From Clostridia bacterium (lineage in GTDB: Bacteria > Bacillota > Clostridia > Oscillospirales > CAG-272): 64,000 nt of DNA. A program made the translations under genes and the position numbers. The notes under the pieces were generated by a model. The model worked only from the letters and a program-made list of their open reading frames with translations, was not told where the DNA came from and did no database searches. The stretch is from positions 47-64,046 of the forward strand of contig JAFTIN010000003.1 in the NCBI GenBank assembly GCA_017456895.1, read 5' to 3'. Shown here in pieces: positions 36,187 through 45,196 of the stretch. The first letter of the stretch is position 1. Each line of letters starts with the position of its first letter.

Positions 36187-39100
36187 ATGGATATCTATGA
36201 GAAGGTCTCAACGAACTTAAACTTTGTTGAGAGAGAAAAAGCTACCAGAAAATTCTGGGAAGAAAACAAAGTCTTCGAGAAGAGTATCGCCGACAGGGAG
36301 GGTCACGACAATTACACCTTCTTTGACGGCCCGCCTACCGCCAACGGTAAGCCCCATATCGGCCACGTGCTCACTCGAGTAATCAAGGATATGGTACCCC
36401 GCTACCAGACCATGAAGGGCAAGCGCGTCCTCCGTAAGGCAGGCTGGGATACACACGGTCTGCCCGTTGAGCTCGAGGTTGAGAAAAAGCTCGGTATCGA
36501 CGGCAAGGATCAGATCGAGGCTTACGGCCTCGAGCCCTTCATCGGACACTGCAAGGAGTCCGTATGGAAGTACAAGGAAATGTGGGAGGACTTCTCCGGA
36601 ACTGTCGGCTTTTGGGCTGATATGGAGCACCCCTACGTAACCTACACTAACGACTTTATCGAGTCCGAGTGGTGGGCTCTAAAGCAGATCTGGGATAAGG
36701 GCCTTCTTTACAAGGGCTTCAAGATAGTTCCCTACTGCCCCCGTTGCGGCACTCCCCTCTCCAGCCACGAGGTCGCGCAGGGCTATAAGACCGTAAAGGA
36801 GAAGTCCGCTATCGCGCGCTTCAAGTGCAGGGATGAGGACGCCTACTACCTCGCGTGGACCACAACCCCCTGGACTCTGCCCTCCAACGTTGCGCTCTGT
36901 GTTAACCCCAAGGACACATACTGCAAGGTATCCTGCATTGACGGCAACGTCTACTATATGGCAGAGGCTCTGCTCAACAAGGTGCTCTCTCCTCTTGCTA
37001 AGGAGGAGGGCGAGGTAGCCTACACCGTGCTTGAAAGAATGACCGGTAAGGACCTCGAAAGACGCGAGTACGTGCCCCTCTTCGACTTCACCGCCGACGA
37101 GGTAACCAGACAGAAGGCAAAGGCGCACTACATCGTATGCGACGACTACGTAACCATGTCCGACGGTACCGGTATCGTACACATTGCTCCCGCATTCGGC
37201 GAGGATGACTCCAAGGTCGGCAGAAAGTACGACCTGCCCTTCGTACAGTTCGTTGACGGCAAGGGTGAGCTCACGTCGGGCACCCCCTATGCAGGCATCT
37301 TCGTCAAAAAGGCTGACCCTATCATCCTTGAGGACCTCGCGAAGATGGGTAAGCTCTTCTCCGCTCCCAAGTTTGAGCACGACTATCCTCACTGCTGGAG
37401 ATGTAACACGCCCCTCATCTACTACGCTCGCGACACTTGGTTTATCAAAATGACCGCCGTACGCGATAATCTCATAAAGAACAACAACACAGTCAACTGG
37501 ATCCCCGAGAATATCGGTAAGGGACGCTTTGGCGACTGGCTCGAGAACGTGCAGGACTGGGGTCTCTCCCGTAACAGATACTGGGGCACGCCCCTCAACA
37601 TCTGGGAGTGCTCCTGCGGTCACAGGCATTCCATCGGCTCTATCGCCGAGCTTAAGAGCATGTCAAAGAACTGCCCCGAGAACATTGAGCTTCACCGCCC
37701 CTTCATCGACGCGGTAACCATCACCTGTCCCGAGTGCGGCGGCGAGATGAAGCGTGTCAGCGAGGTTATCGACTGCTGGTTCGACTCGGGCTCTATGCCC
37801 TTTGCTCAGTGGCACTACCCCTTCGAGAACAAGGAGGTCTTCCACTCTCAGTTCCCCGCAGACTTCATCAGTGAGGGCGTTGACCAGACACGCGGCTGGT
37901 TCTACTCTCTCATGGCTATATCCACCCTCATCTTTGACTGCGCGCCCTACAAGAACGTTCTCGTTCTCGGTCACGTCCTCGATAAAGAGGGACAGAAGAT
38001 GTCCAAGTCCAAGGGCAACGCGGTAGATCCCTTCGAGGCTCTCGAGACCTACGGCGCAGACGCCATCCGCTGGTACTTCTACTCCAACTCCGCTCCCTGG
38101 CTTCCCAACCGTTTCTTCGGTGAGGCCGTAGTCGAGGGACAGAGAAAGTTTATGGGTACGCTCTGGAACACCTACGCGTTCTACGCTCTGTACGCCAACA
38201 TCGACGGCTTTGATCCTACCAAGTATACACTCAACAAGGATACCCTCTCCGTAATGGATAAGTGGATCCTCTCCAAGCTCAACTCGGCAGTAAAGTCGGT
38301 TGACAGCATGCTCGCTTCCTATAAGATCACCGAGGCTACGAGAGTCCTTGAGGACTTCGTCGACCAGCTCTCCAACTGGTACGTGCGCCGCAGCCGTGAG
38401 AGATTCTGGGTCAAGGACATGCCCGAGGATAAGGTCAACGCATACCTCACCCTCTACAACTGTCTTGTAACCATCGCTAAGGTGTCCGCTCCCATGATCC
38501 CCTTCATGACCGAGGATATATACAGAAACCTCGTCGGAAGTGTGGATAAGTCGGCACCCGTGTCAATTCATCTGTGCTCCTTCCCCGAAGCAGACGAGTC
38601 TATGATCGACAAGTCTCTTGAGGAAAATATGGAGGAGGTTATGGATATCGTCGTGCTCGGCAGAGCCTGCAGAAACGCGGCGGCTATCAAGAACCGTCAG
38701 CCCATCGGCAAGATGTACGTCAAGACCGATAAGGTGCCCGACGGCAGCTTCGTACCGGTTATCGCAGAGGAGCTCAACCTCAAGGAAGTTGAGTTCACCG
38801 ACAACGTACGCTCCTTCACCACCTACACCTTCAAGCCCCAGCTCCGTACCGTAGGACCTAAGTACGGTAAGTTCCTCGGCGGCATCAGAAATACCCTTGC
38901 TACCCTCGACGGCAACGACGCTATGGATGAGCTTGAGGCTAAGGGCTCGATCACCTTTGAGGTTGGAGGCTCCGAGATCGTTCTCACCAAGGAGGATCTG
39001 CTCATCGAGATGACCAAGAAGGAGGGCTTCGAGTCGCTCCAGGATCACGGTGTGACCGTAGTTATCGACAAGAACCTCACCCCCGAGCTTATCGAGGAGG

Positions 39101-39345
39101 GTAACGTCCGCGAGATCATCTCCAAGATCCAGACCATGCGTAAGGATTCCGGCTTTGAGGTTATGGATAACATCAAGATCTCCTTCACCGGCAACGCGAC
39201 CGTTGAGGCTATTGCAGGCAGAAACGCAGAGGAGATCAAGTCCGAGACACTCGGTGTCGAGCTCACCGTAGGCAAAACTCTCACCCACTCCAAGGAATGG
39301 AACATCAACGGCGAGAACGTAACTATCTCGGTCGAGAAGGTCTAA
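36187..39345 (+). CDS. ileS: Isoleucyl-tRNA synthetase, type 2 (IleRS2)
   Basis: DGPPTANGKPHIGH, GWDTHGLPVE, WTTTPWTLP, KMSKS; 1052 aa, no C-terminal zinc finger. Confidence 0.97.
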   Translation: MDIYEKVSTNLNFVEREKATRKFWEENKVFEKSIADREGHDNYTFFDGPPTANGKPHIGHVLTRVIKDMVPRYQTMKGKRVLRKAGWDTHGLPVELEVEKKLGIDGKDQIEAYGLEPFIGHCKESVWKYKEMWEDFSGTVGFWADMEHPYVTYTNDFIESEWWALKQIWDKGLLYKGFKIVPYCPRCGTPLSSHEVAQGYKTVKEKSAIARFKCRDEDAYYLAWTTTPWTLPSNVALCVNPKDTYCKVSCIDGNVYYMAEALLNKVLSPLAKEEGEVAYTVLERMTGKDLERREYVPLFDFTADEVTRQKAKAHYIVCDDYVTMSDGTGIVHIAPAFGEDDSKVGRKYDLPFVQFVDGKGELTSGTPYAGIFVKKADPIILEDLAKMGKLFSAPKFEHDYPHCWRCNTPLIYYARDTWFIKMTAVRDNLIKNNNTVNWIPENIGKGRFGDWLENVQDWGLSRNRYWGTPLNIWECSCGHRHSIGSIAELKSMSKNCPENIELHRPFIDAVTITCPECGGEMKRVSEVIDCWFDSGSMPFAQWHYPFENKEVFHSQFPADFISEGVDQTRGWFYSLMAISTLIFDCAPYKNVLVLGHVLDKEGQKMSKSKGNAVDPFEALETYGADAIRWYFYSNSAPWLPNRFFGEAVVEGQRKFMGTLWNTYAFYALYANIDGFDPTKYTLNKDTLSVMDKWILSKLNSAVKSVDSMLASYKITEATRVLEDFVDQLSNWYVRRSRERFWVKDMPEDKVNAYLTLYNCLVTIAKVSAPMIPFMTEDIYRNLVGSVDKSAPVSIHLCSFPEADESMIDKSLEENMEEVMDIVVLGRACRNAAAIKNRQPIGKMYVKTDKVPDGSFVPVIAEELNLKEVEFTDNVRSFTTYTFKPQLRTVGPKYGKFLGGIRNTLATLDGNDAMDELEAKGSITFEVGGSEIVLTKEDLLIEMTKKEGFESLQDHGVTVVIDKNLTPELIEEGNVREIISKIQTMRKDSGFEVMDNIKISFTGNATVEAIAGRNAEEIKSETLGVELTVGKTLTHSKEWNINGENVTISVEKV

Positions 39346-39382
39346 CAGCCTTTAAAATTCAGCTCCCCGATAAAGGGAAAAT

Positions 39383-39414
39383 AAAGCGGCTATCTTTTTC
39401 GGTAGCCGCTTTTT
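39383..39414 (+). terminator. Rho-independent terminator of ileS
   Basis: AAAGCGGCTA...TAGCCGCTTTT. Confidence 0.75.
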
Positions 39415-39430
39415 CAAAAAAGGATATATT

Positions 39431-40222
39431 ATGCTTTTAAGTAAGTTAAGAATAAAGCGCAAGTTAGGCGCTTTATCCAAGGATTTGTCCATAAACATTT
39501 ACAAAACAATAGATTCTACAAATACTCAGGCTAAACTGCACGCAGAACACGGTAGATGTAAAAATGCGATATTCATCGCTAAGGAGCAAACTGCGGGCAG
39601 GGGAAGGATGGGCAGGAGCTTTATCTCCGAGAGAGGCAAGGGGCTCTATCTTACCGTGCTTATCTCAGAGAGGCTGCCCGCCTCCTTCGCTACCTCCCTT
39701 ACCACCTATATGGCAGTGATAGCCGCCGAAGCTATAGAATCGCTCTCGGGTATAAGCGTGAATATCAAGTGGGTGAATGACCTCTTAGTCGGAGGTAAAA
39801 AGCTCGCCGGCATACTGACCGAGGGGCGCGCAAGCGACGACGGAGAGAGCCTTGAATATGCCGCGATAGGAATAGGCATAAATCTTTTGAAGCAATCCTT
39901 CGATAGCGAAGTCTCAAGGATAGCGACTACGCTCGAGGACGAGTGCGCAAAAAGGATAGACGCCTATACACTCGCCATAGAGATAGTTAAGCGTTTCTTT
40001 GATTCGCTCGATCTCGTCGGCTCGCCCGAGATCGCCGACAGATACAGAAGCCGCTCCTTCCTTATAGGCAATAGCGTTACCGTGATCAAGGCCGCGGGGA
40101 GCTACCCCGCCTTGGTCGAGGGCATAACCGATAGGTGCGAGCTCCTTATCAAGCGTGAGGACGGAGAAATTGAGATCCTCTCAACAGGTGAGGTCTCGGT
40201 AAGGCCAAGCGAGCAAATATAA
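39431..40222 (+). CDS. birA: Biotin protein ligase without N-terminal HTH
   Basis: DSTN, QTAGRGRMGR, KWVND, KLAGIL, GIGIN. Confidence 0.92.
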   Translation: MLLSKLRIKRKLGALSKDLSINIYKTIDSTNTQAKLHAEHGRCKNAIFIAKEQTAGRGRMGRSFISERGKGLYLTVLISERLPASFATSLTTYMAVIAAEAIESLSGISVNIKWVNDLLVGGKKLAGILTEGRASDDGESLEYAAIGIGINLLKQSFDSEVSRIATTLEDECAKRIDAYTLAIEIVKRFFDSLDLVGSPEIADRYRSRSFLIGNSVTVIKAAGSYPALVEGITDRCELLIKREDGEIEILSTGEVSVRPSEQI

Positions 40223-40267
40223 TTTCTCCCTACCGAATTTTTACAGCTTCATTGATCAAATTATATA

Positions 40268-40314
40268 AAAATAGCCTCAAAACCCGCACCCGTGCAGAGT
40301 TTTGAGGCATTTTT
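40268..40314. terminator. Bidirectional terminator
   Basis: GCCTCAAAAC...GTTTTGAGGC between convergent birA and addA. Confidence 0.65.
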
Positions 40315-43300
40315 TTATCTTGACACGTCAACCGTGTCCCCGAGAGGTAACGAGTAGACCTCTATGGTTTTCGGGTACTTACCGAACATTAGCTCGACCG
40401 CCTTGGCGTAATAGGAGAGCTGGAGCGAATGAGCCTTCTTTAGCTTTTCCTGCGCTAAGGCCTTATTCTCCCTCTCCTCGGGGGTGAGTCTGTCGGTCTT
40501 GTAGTCTATGAGATGATACTCTCCGAGAGAGTCAACGTAAAGACAGTCTATAACACCCTGGACAAGTATGCTCTCATCCTTCAAGAGCTTCTTCTGCTCC
40601 TCGTCCTCGGTAAAATCGGATGCTGAGAGCTTGACGTTGAATCTGAACTCGCGATAGAGCTTGTCCGCGGAGAGCATATCCTCAAGAAGCCTTGATTTAG
40701 CAAAGCCCTCGGCCTCTTTTATTCTTACGAGTGAGGCGTCCTTCTCGGAGAGGAAGCCCTTCCCCTTAAGAGCTGCGAGCTCTGCCCTTGCTCCGTTCTT
40801 ATATATCCTCTCAAGGTCACAGAACTGTAGGAGCATATGCGTCGCTATACCGCGCTCTGCGCTGAGATTAACGCTGTCGGGATTGCGGAATCTCGGCAGG
40901 TATCCGCGCTTTTCAGTCTCATCTTCCTCCTCGGTATCTATAACCACCGAGTGCTCGTCAGAGCCGTCAAGAATGGCGGGATAGAGCTTGGAAACAGAGA
41001 GCTTACCGGGTAGGCGTGTCAAATGAGCGCGGGGATATTCGTATTCAAAGCGTCTCTTCAGCTCCCCAGCAAGTGTGCCGTCGTTAGCGTCCTCGGTTAT
41101 GGTCAAGCCTTCCTTCTCGAGCTTGTCCTCGCTTGTCACCGTCACCTCATCCTCGAGCTCCTCCACCGTCATGTCATACGCCTCATCGGTGTAAATGAAG
41201 GGTGGCTCACGCAAGAACTCGGTGGGAGTCAGAGTCTTAAACTCCTTCATCTCGAGTATCATCTTAAGAAGCGAGGAAACACCGTAGACCGAGTACTCGG
41301 ACATATATTCCCTGCGGGCGGCGATCTCCGCCTCAAAATCATCGAGCTTGGACTTGGCCTGTCCGACGACGTAAAGCCTTTCTCTGGCTCTGGTGAGAAT
41401 AACGTAGAGGACTCTCGCCTCCTCCTCTATCTTCTTTCTGTGTCTGTAGTGCTTTATTACGTTTTTGGTCGAGTTTCTGACCAGGGCAAGGCCGGAGTCG
41501 GTACGCAAGAACATACCCATACCGAAGCCCTCCTCGTACTCAAATCTCGGCGGCTCCATATTATCATGGCTTTGGTTGAAGCTGGCAGTGCCGCCCGCAA
41601 AGAAAACTATCGGGTACTCAAGTCCTTTGGAGCCGTGAGCGGTTATGATCCTTACCGCGTCGCACTCACCGGGCGCCTCCCTCTTGTCAAAGTCACTTTC
41701 CCTGCCCGTCAGCTGATTGATATAGCTTATAAAGTTATACAGCCCTTTGAAGGAGCCGGACTCAAATCTTCTTGAGTGCTCGTAGAGCAGCATAAGATTA
41801 TCCTTGCTCTCCTTCTTGCTCGAGCAAAGAGCCAAAAGGCCTGTCTCGTGATAGAGCCTCATCAAGAGCTTATCCGTCGGTACACCCTCGGAAAGAAGTC
41901 TGTAATATGCGAGCTTATCGAGGAATTTCTTTACACGTCCCCCGTCTTCTCCCTCTGCGCACTTGACGAGCGAGTCATAGAGAGTGTCCGCCTCATATAG
42001 CTTTCTGATCAGGGCGATATCACCGATCTTGAAGCCGTATATGGGCGAGCACATAAGTCCCGCGAGGTAAACGTCCTTGTGAGGATTGTCAATAGAGTTG
42101 AGAAGACACAGCACCAAAAGCACGTCCGCGTTGATGAAGAATCTCTCACTCTCAGCCATAGCCGAGGGGATACCGTGCTTCTTAAGAGCTCTCGCGTACT
42201 TTTCTCCCTTGCCCTTGACGTTACGCATAATTATAGCTATATGCCTCGGCTGAATTTTCTCTCCGTTATCGAGATAGCCGTCCTCGAGGAGCTCCTTTAT
42301 TTTCTCTGCCACGACCTCAGGCACGAGCATAGAGGCATCCTTGACCAGAGAGGCGCGGGGATCCGTCGGCGGTATGCTCGGAACGAGACATATCTCGGGA
42401 TATACGTATTTCGGCTCCTCGTGATCATATTTCTTGCTGTATTTGAGTCTATCATCCTCTACGTATCCGATACTGTCGCGCAGATAGTAGAACAGTCTGT
42501 CGAATATATCGTTCACAAAGTCGATGACACCCTCGTCACACCTGAAGTTATTCGACATAAAGATAGAGGCATAAGGGTAGTCACCGTTTGTTCCGAGGGG
42601 CGGAAAACTCTTTTTCATCCCCGCGAAGATCCGTGGATTAGCGCTTCTGAACTCGTAGATAGATTGCTTTATATCACCTACCATAAAACGGTTGGTGTCG
42701 GTCGAGATGGCCTCGAATATTTTATTCTGAAGACTGTTGACGTCCTGGTACTCGTCGATATAAACGGCGCGGTAGAGCCCTGCCTGATCCCTTGCGACGT
42801 CGGTCCTCTCACCGTTTTGCCAGAGGCACTCGTAGGTATAACGCTCAACGTCGGTAAACTCGCAGATACCCCTTCTTATCTTCTCCTGTCTGAAGAGCCT
42901 GTCAAACTCGCGGATCACGCGGTATAAGACGTCGAACTGACGGTGAAGCCCCGAATAGGCTATCCTCCACTCCTCCTCTGTATGGCGGAAGAAGTCGTCG
43001 CGCATCTTAAACAGCTCCTCCTTGAAGGAGTTGCGCACAGCGGTGATGGGCGGAAGATTGTCCTTCTTGGAGACCGAGGCTCCTCTCTTAAACTCGCAGA
43101 GCATAAGAGCCTCTCTTATCTGTTCATACCCGTTTTTAGCCGCGAGAGTGTCGACCATGGTTATAGCATCGGTAATCATCTCGACGATCTTTGCGTGCTT
43201 AGGATCTCCTATAGCCTCCACCTCGTCAAGTATGTCCGTAAACACCTTTTTGTAGTGAGCGAGCAGCTCGGACAGTCTTGCGAGAATATATTTGCCAAAG

Positions 43301-43953
43301 CCGGTCTCCTCAACCGTGGTAAAGCTATCGGGGTCATACTCGTCGACGAGCAGACCGATAGAGCCCACGCCCTCGAGCGAGTCGAGTGTCGACGCGTAGA
43401 TCCTTCTGATTATCACCGGCAGCTCCTTCTGTTTTCTCGCCTGGGCAAGACAGTCGGTGAGAGAGTCTATCTCCGCCGGTGTCGCCACCTCGGGGCTCTT
43501 GCCCTCATATATCGACTCGAGAAGTCCGTCGAGAATATTTTCCCCAAGAAGCTGAGCCTCCGCTCCGTCCGGTACGCGGAAGGATGGACTCACTCCCACC
43601 CTCTCTGCGTTGGCTCTGAGGATATCGGCGCAGAAGGCGTCTATGGTGCTGATCTTGGCGCTGGGGAGCATATGGAGCTGCTTTTCGAGCCGCTCGTCTC
43701 CCGGGCGCTCTTTTATAGCTTTTTTTACAGCCTTGCCTATTCTTTCCTTCAATTCACCCACGGCTGCGCGGGTATAGGTTACGATAAGCATATCCTCAAT
43801 ATTGATAGGGTCCTTCTCATCGAGGATGGAGCATATTATTCTCTCCGTCAGAGTAGCGGTTTTTCCGGAGCCTGCCGCGGCGGAGACCAAAAGAGTTCTG
43901 TCTCTGGTATTTATCGCGTCAAGCTGACTTTTGGTCCAACTTCTTTCTGCCAT
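40315..43953 (-). CDS. addA: ATP-dependent helicase/nuclease subunit A
   Basis: VSAAAGSGKT, IDEYQD, VGDIKQSIY.FR, SKGLEYP, C-terminal nuclease QGVID...IDYKTD. Confidence 0.92.
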   Translation of the reverse strand: MAERSWTKSQLDAINTRDRTLLVSAAAGSGKTATLTERIICSILDEKDPINIEDMLIVTYTRAAVGELKERIGKAVKKAIKERPGDERLEKQLHMLPSAKISTIDAFCADILRANAERVGVSPSFRVPDGAEAQLLGENILDGLLESIYEGKSPEVATPAEIDSLTDCLAQARKQKELPVIIRRIYASTLDSLEGVGSIGLLVDEYDPDSFTTVEETGFGKYILARLSELLAHYKKVFTDILDEVEAIGDPKHAKIVEMITDAITMVDTLAAKNGYEQIREALMLCEFKRGASVSKKDNLPPITAVRNSFKEELFKMRDDFFRHTEEEWRIAYSGLHRQFDVLYRVIREFDRLFRQEKIRRGICEFTDVERYTYECLWQNGERTDVARDQAGLYRAVYIDEYQDVNSLQNKIFEAISTDTNRFMVGDIKQSIYEFRSANPRIFAGMKKSFPPLGTNGDYPYASIFMSNNFRCDEGVIDFVNDIFDRLFYYLRDSIGYVEDDRLKYSKKYDHEEPKYVYPEICLVPSIPPTDPRASLVKDASMLVPEVVAEKIKELLEDGYLDNGEKIQPRHIAIIMRNVKGKGEKYARALKKHGIPSAMAESERFFINADVLLVLCLLNSIDNPHKDVYLAGLMCSPIYGFKIGDIALIRKLYEADTLYDSLVKCAEGEDGGRVKKFLDKLAYYRLLSEGVPTDKLLMRLYHETGLLALCSSKKESKDNLMLLYEHSRRFESGSFKGLYNFISYINQLTGRESDFDKREAPGECDAVRIITAHGSKGLEYPIVFFAGGTASFNQSHDNMEPPRFEYEEGFGMGMFLRTDSGLALVRNSTKNVIKHYRHRKKIEEEARVLYVILTRARERLYVVGQAKSKLDDFEAEIAARREYMSEYSVYGVSSLLKMILEMKEFKTLTPTEFLREPPFIYTDEAYDMTVEELEDEVTVTSEDKLEKEGLTITEDANDGTLAGELKRRFEYEYPRAHLTRLPGKLSVSKLYPAILDGSDEHSVVIDTEEEDETEKRGYLPRFRNPDSVNLSAERGIATHMLLQFCDLERIYKNGARAELAALKGKGFLSEKDASLVRIKEAEGFAKSRLLEDMLSADKLYREFRFNVKLSASDFTEDEEQKKLLKDESILVQGVIDCLYVDSLGEYHLIDYKTDRLTPEERENKALAQEKLKKAHSLQLSYYAKAVELMFGKYPKTIEVYSLPLGDTVDVSR

Positions 43954-43962
43954 ACGTCCTCC

Positions 43963-44871
43963 TCACTGTCTGAACTGTCTGATAGGCTTTATTGCAAGGC
44001 CGCTATCAAATTCACGCACCTCGCCTACCGCAAAAAAGCCCTCGGAGTCCGCAATATTTACCACGTCCCCCACCTTAAAGCTCTTTTTTATCTTGTTAAG
44101 GTATATCTCTTGACCCGAGTGAGCAAGGCGAGCAAAGAAGTCGGGGAGCGTCACCGTCTCGTATTTTTCAAAGATACGCTCTATGGGATATACAGCGGCG
44201 CGCCTTTCCTCATCGGTCATATTTTCATACTCCGAGAGCGTCCTTGCCTCGTCGATGGAGTAGCCGGAGGCGGTGAGTCTTTTGAGCGTTTTCATCACTC
44301 CGCCGACACCGAGCGAGGCGCCTATATCTGCGCACAGAGTTCTGATATAGGTACCCTTTGAGCATGTGACGTCAAGGTAGTATTCCCTGTCGTTTATTCT
44401 CTCTGCCTTTATGGCGTGGACGGTTATTTCCCTCGGCTCGCGCTCCACGGTCTGTCCCTGTCTTGCAAGGTCGCACAGCTTCTTTCCGCCAACCTTGAGA
44501 GCCGAGTACATAGGGGGAGTCTGCATGATTTTGCCCACAAACTTTTTTATAGCGCCGAGAACATCTTCCTCGCTGAGCTCCACCTCGTTCTCGGTAAGCA
44601 CCGTTCCCGTCACGTCCTCCGTGTCGGTCGTCACGCCGAGGAGCAGAGTCGCGCCGTAGTGCTTGTCGCCGGTGAGCATAAATTCGCTCGCCTTGACGCC
44701 CCTGCCTATAAGCACGGGGAGTACACCGGTAGCCATAGGGTCAAGGGTGCCCGTGTGTCCCGCCTTGGAAACACCGAATATTCTCTTTACGCGGTTGACA
44801 ACGCCCTGAGAGGTGATACCCTCCTCCTTATTAACTATGACGAGGCCGCAAAGCTCACCTGACTTTTCCAT
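43963..44871 (-). CDS. truB: tRNA pseudouridine(55) synthase
   Basis: GHTGTLDPMATGVL, QTPPMYSALK, CSKGTYIRTL. Confidence 0.97.
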   Translation of the reverse strand: MEKSGELCGLVIVNKEEGITSQGVVNRVKRIFGVSKAGHTGTLDPMATGVLPVLIGRGVKASEFMLTGDKHYGATLLLGVTTDTEDVTGTVLTENEVELSEEDVLGAIKKFVGKIMQTPPMYSALKVGGKKLCDLARQGQTVEREPREITVHAIKAERINDREYYLDVTCSKGTYIRTLCADIGASLGVGGVMKTLKRLTASGYSIDEARTLSEYENMTDEERRAAVYPIERIFEKYETVTLPDFFARLAHSGQEIYLNKIKKSFKVGDVVNIADSEGFFAVGEVREFDSGLAIKPIRQFRQ

Positions 44872-45060
44872 ATCGCGACTCCTTTCTGTGTTCTTATCAA
44901 ATATTTTAACATATATTATCCGAAATTTCAACCGATTTTTCCGTCTCTTATAAGACTTGGCCGAATATATTCGTCTCTTCCGTGATTTATGCAGTCAAAA
45001 TATCGCAGAATACGTGTGCTTTAGCAAATAAACAAGGTTTTTTTATGCTTTTCCCTCTCG

Positions 45061-45139
45061 AGCGACACGCATCTTTCTTTTCTCTCACCTTGCGACAGTC
45101 CTTGCTCGACAAAATAATGCGGCGGCCCCGCGTTAAAAT
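45061..45139 (+). promoter_or_regulatory. Putative Spo0A-activated spoIIE promoter
   Basis: Three (G/T)CGACA reverse 0A-box-like motifs (~45062, 45092, 45106); TCGACA-N22-TAAAAT, the long spacing known for B. subtilis spoIIE/spoIIG. Confidence 0.55.
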
Positions 45140-45196
45140 AGATACGAAGGAAGCAGTGCGCAAAAATGCGCCTCACCTTACGAAAGGAGATTATTT

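Noticed and set aside
36020-36220. 66-aa ORF overlapping the array and the ileS start
   Set aside because: No SD; the sequence is explained by the repeats
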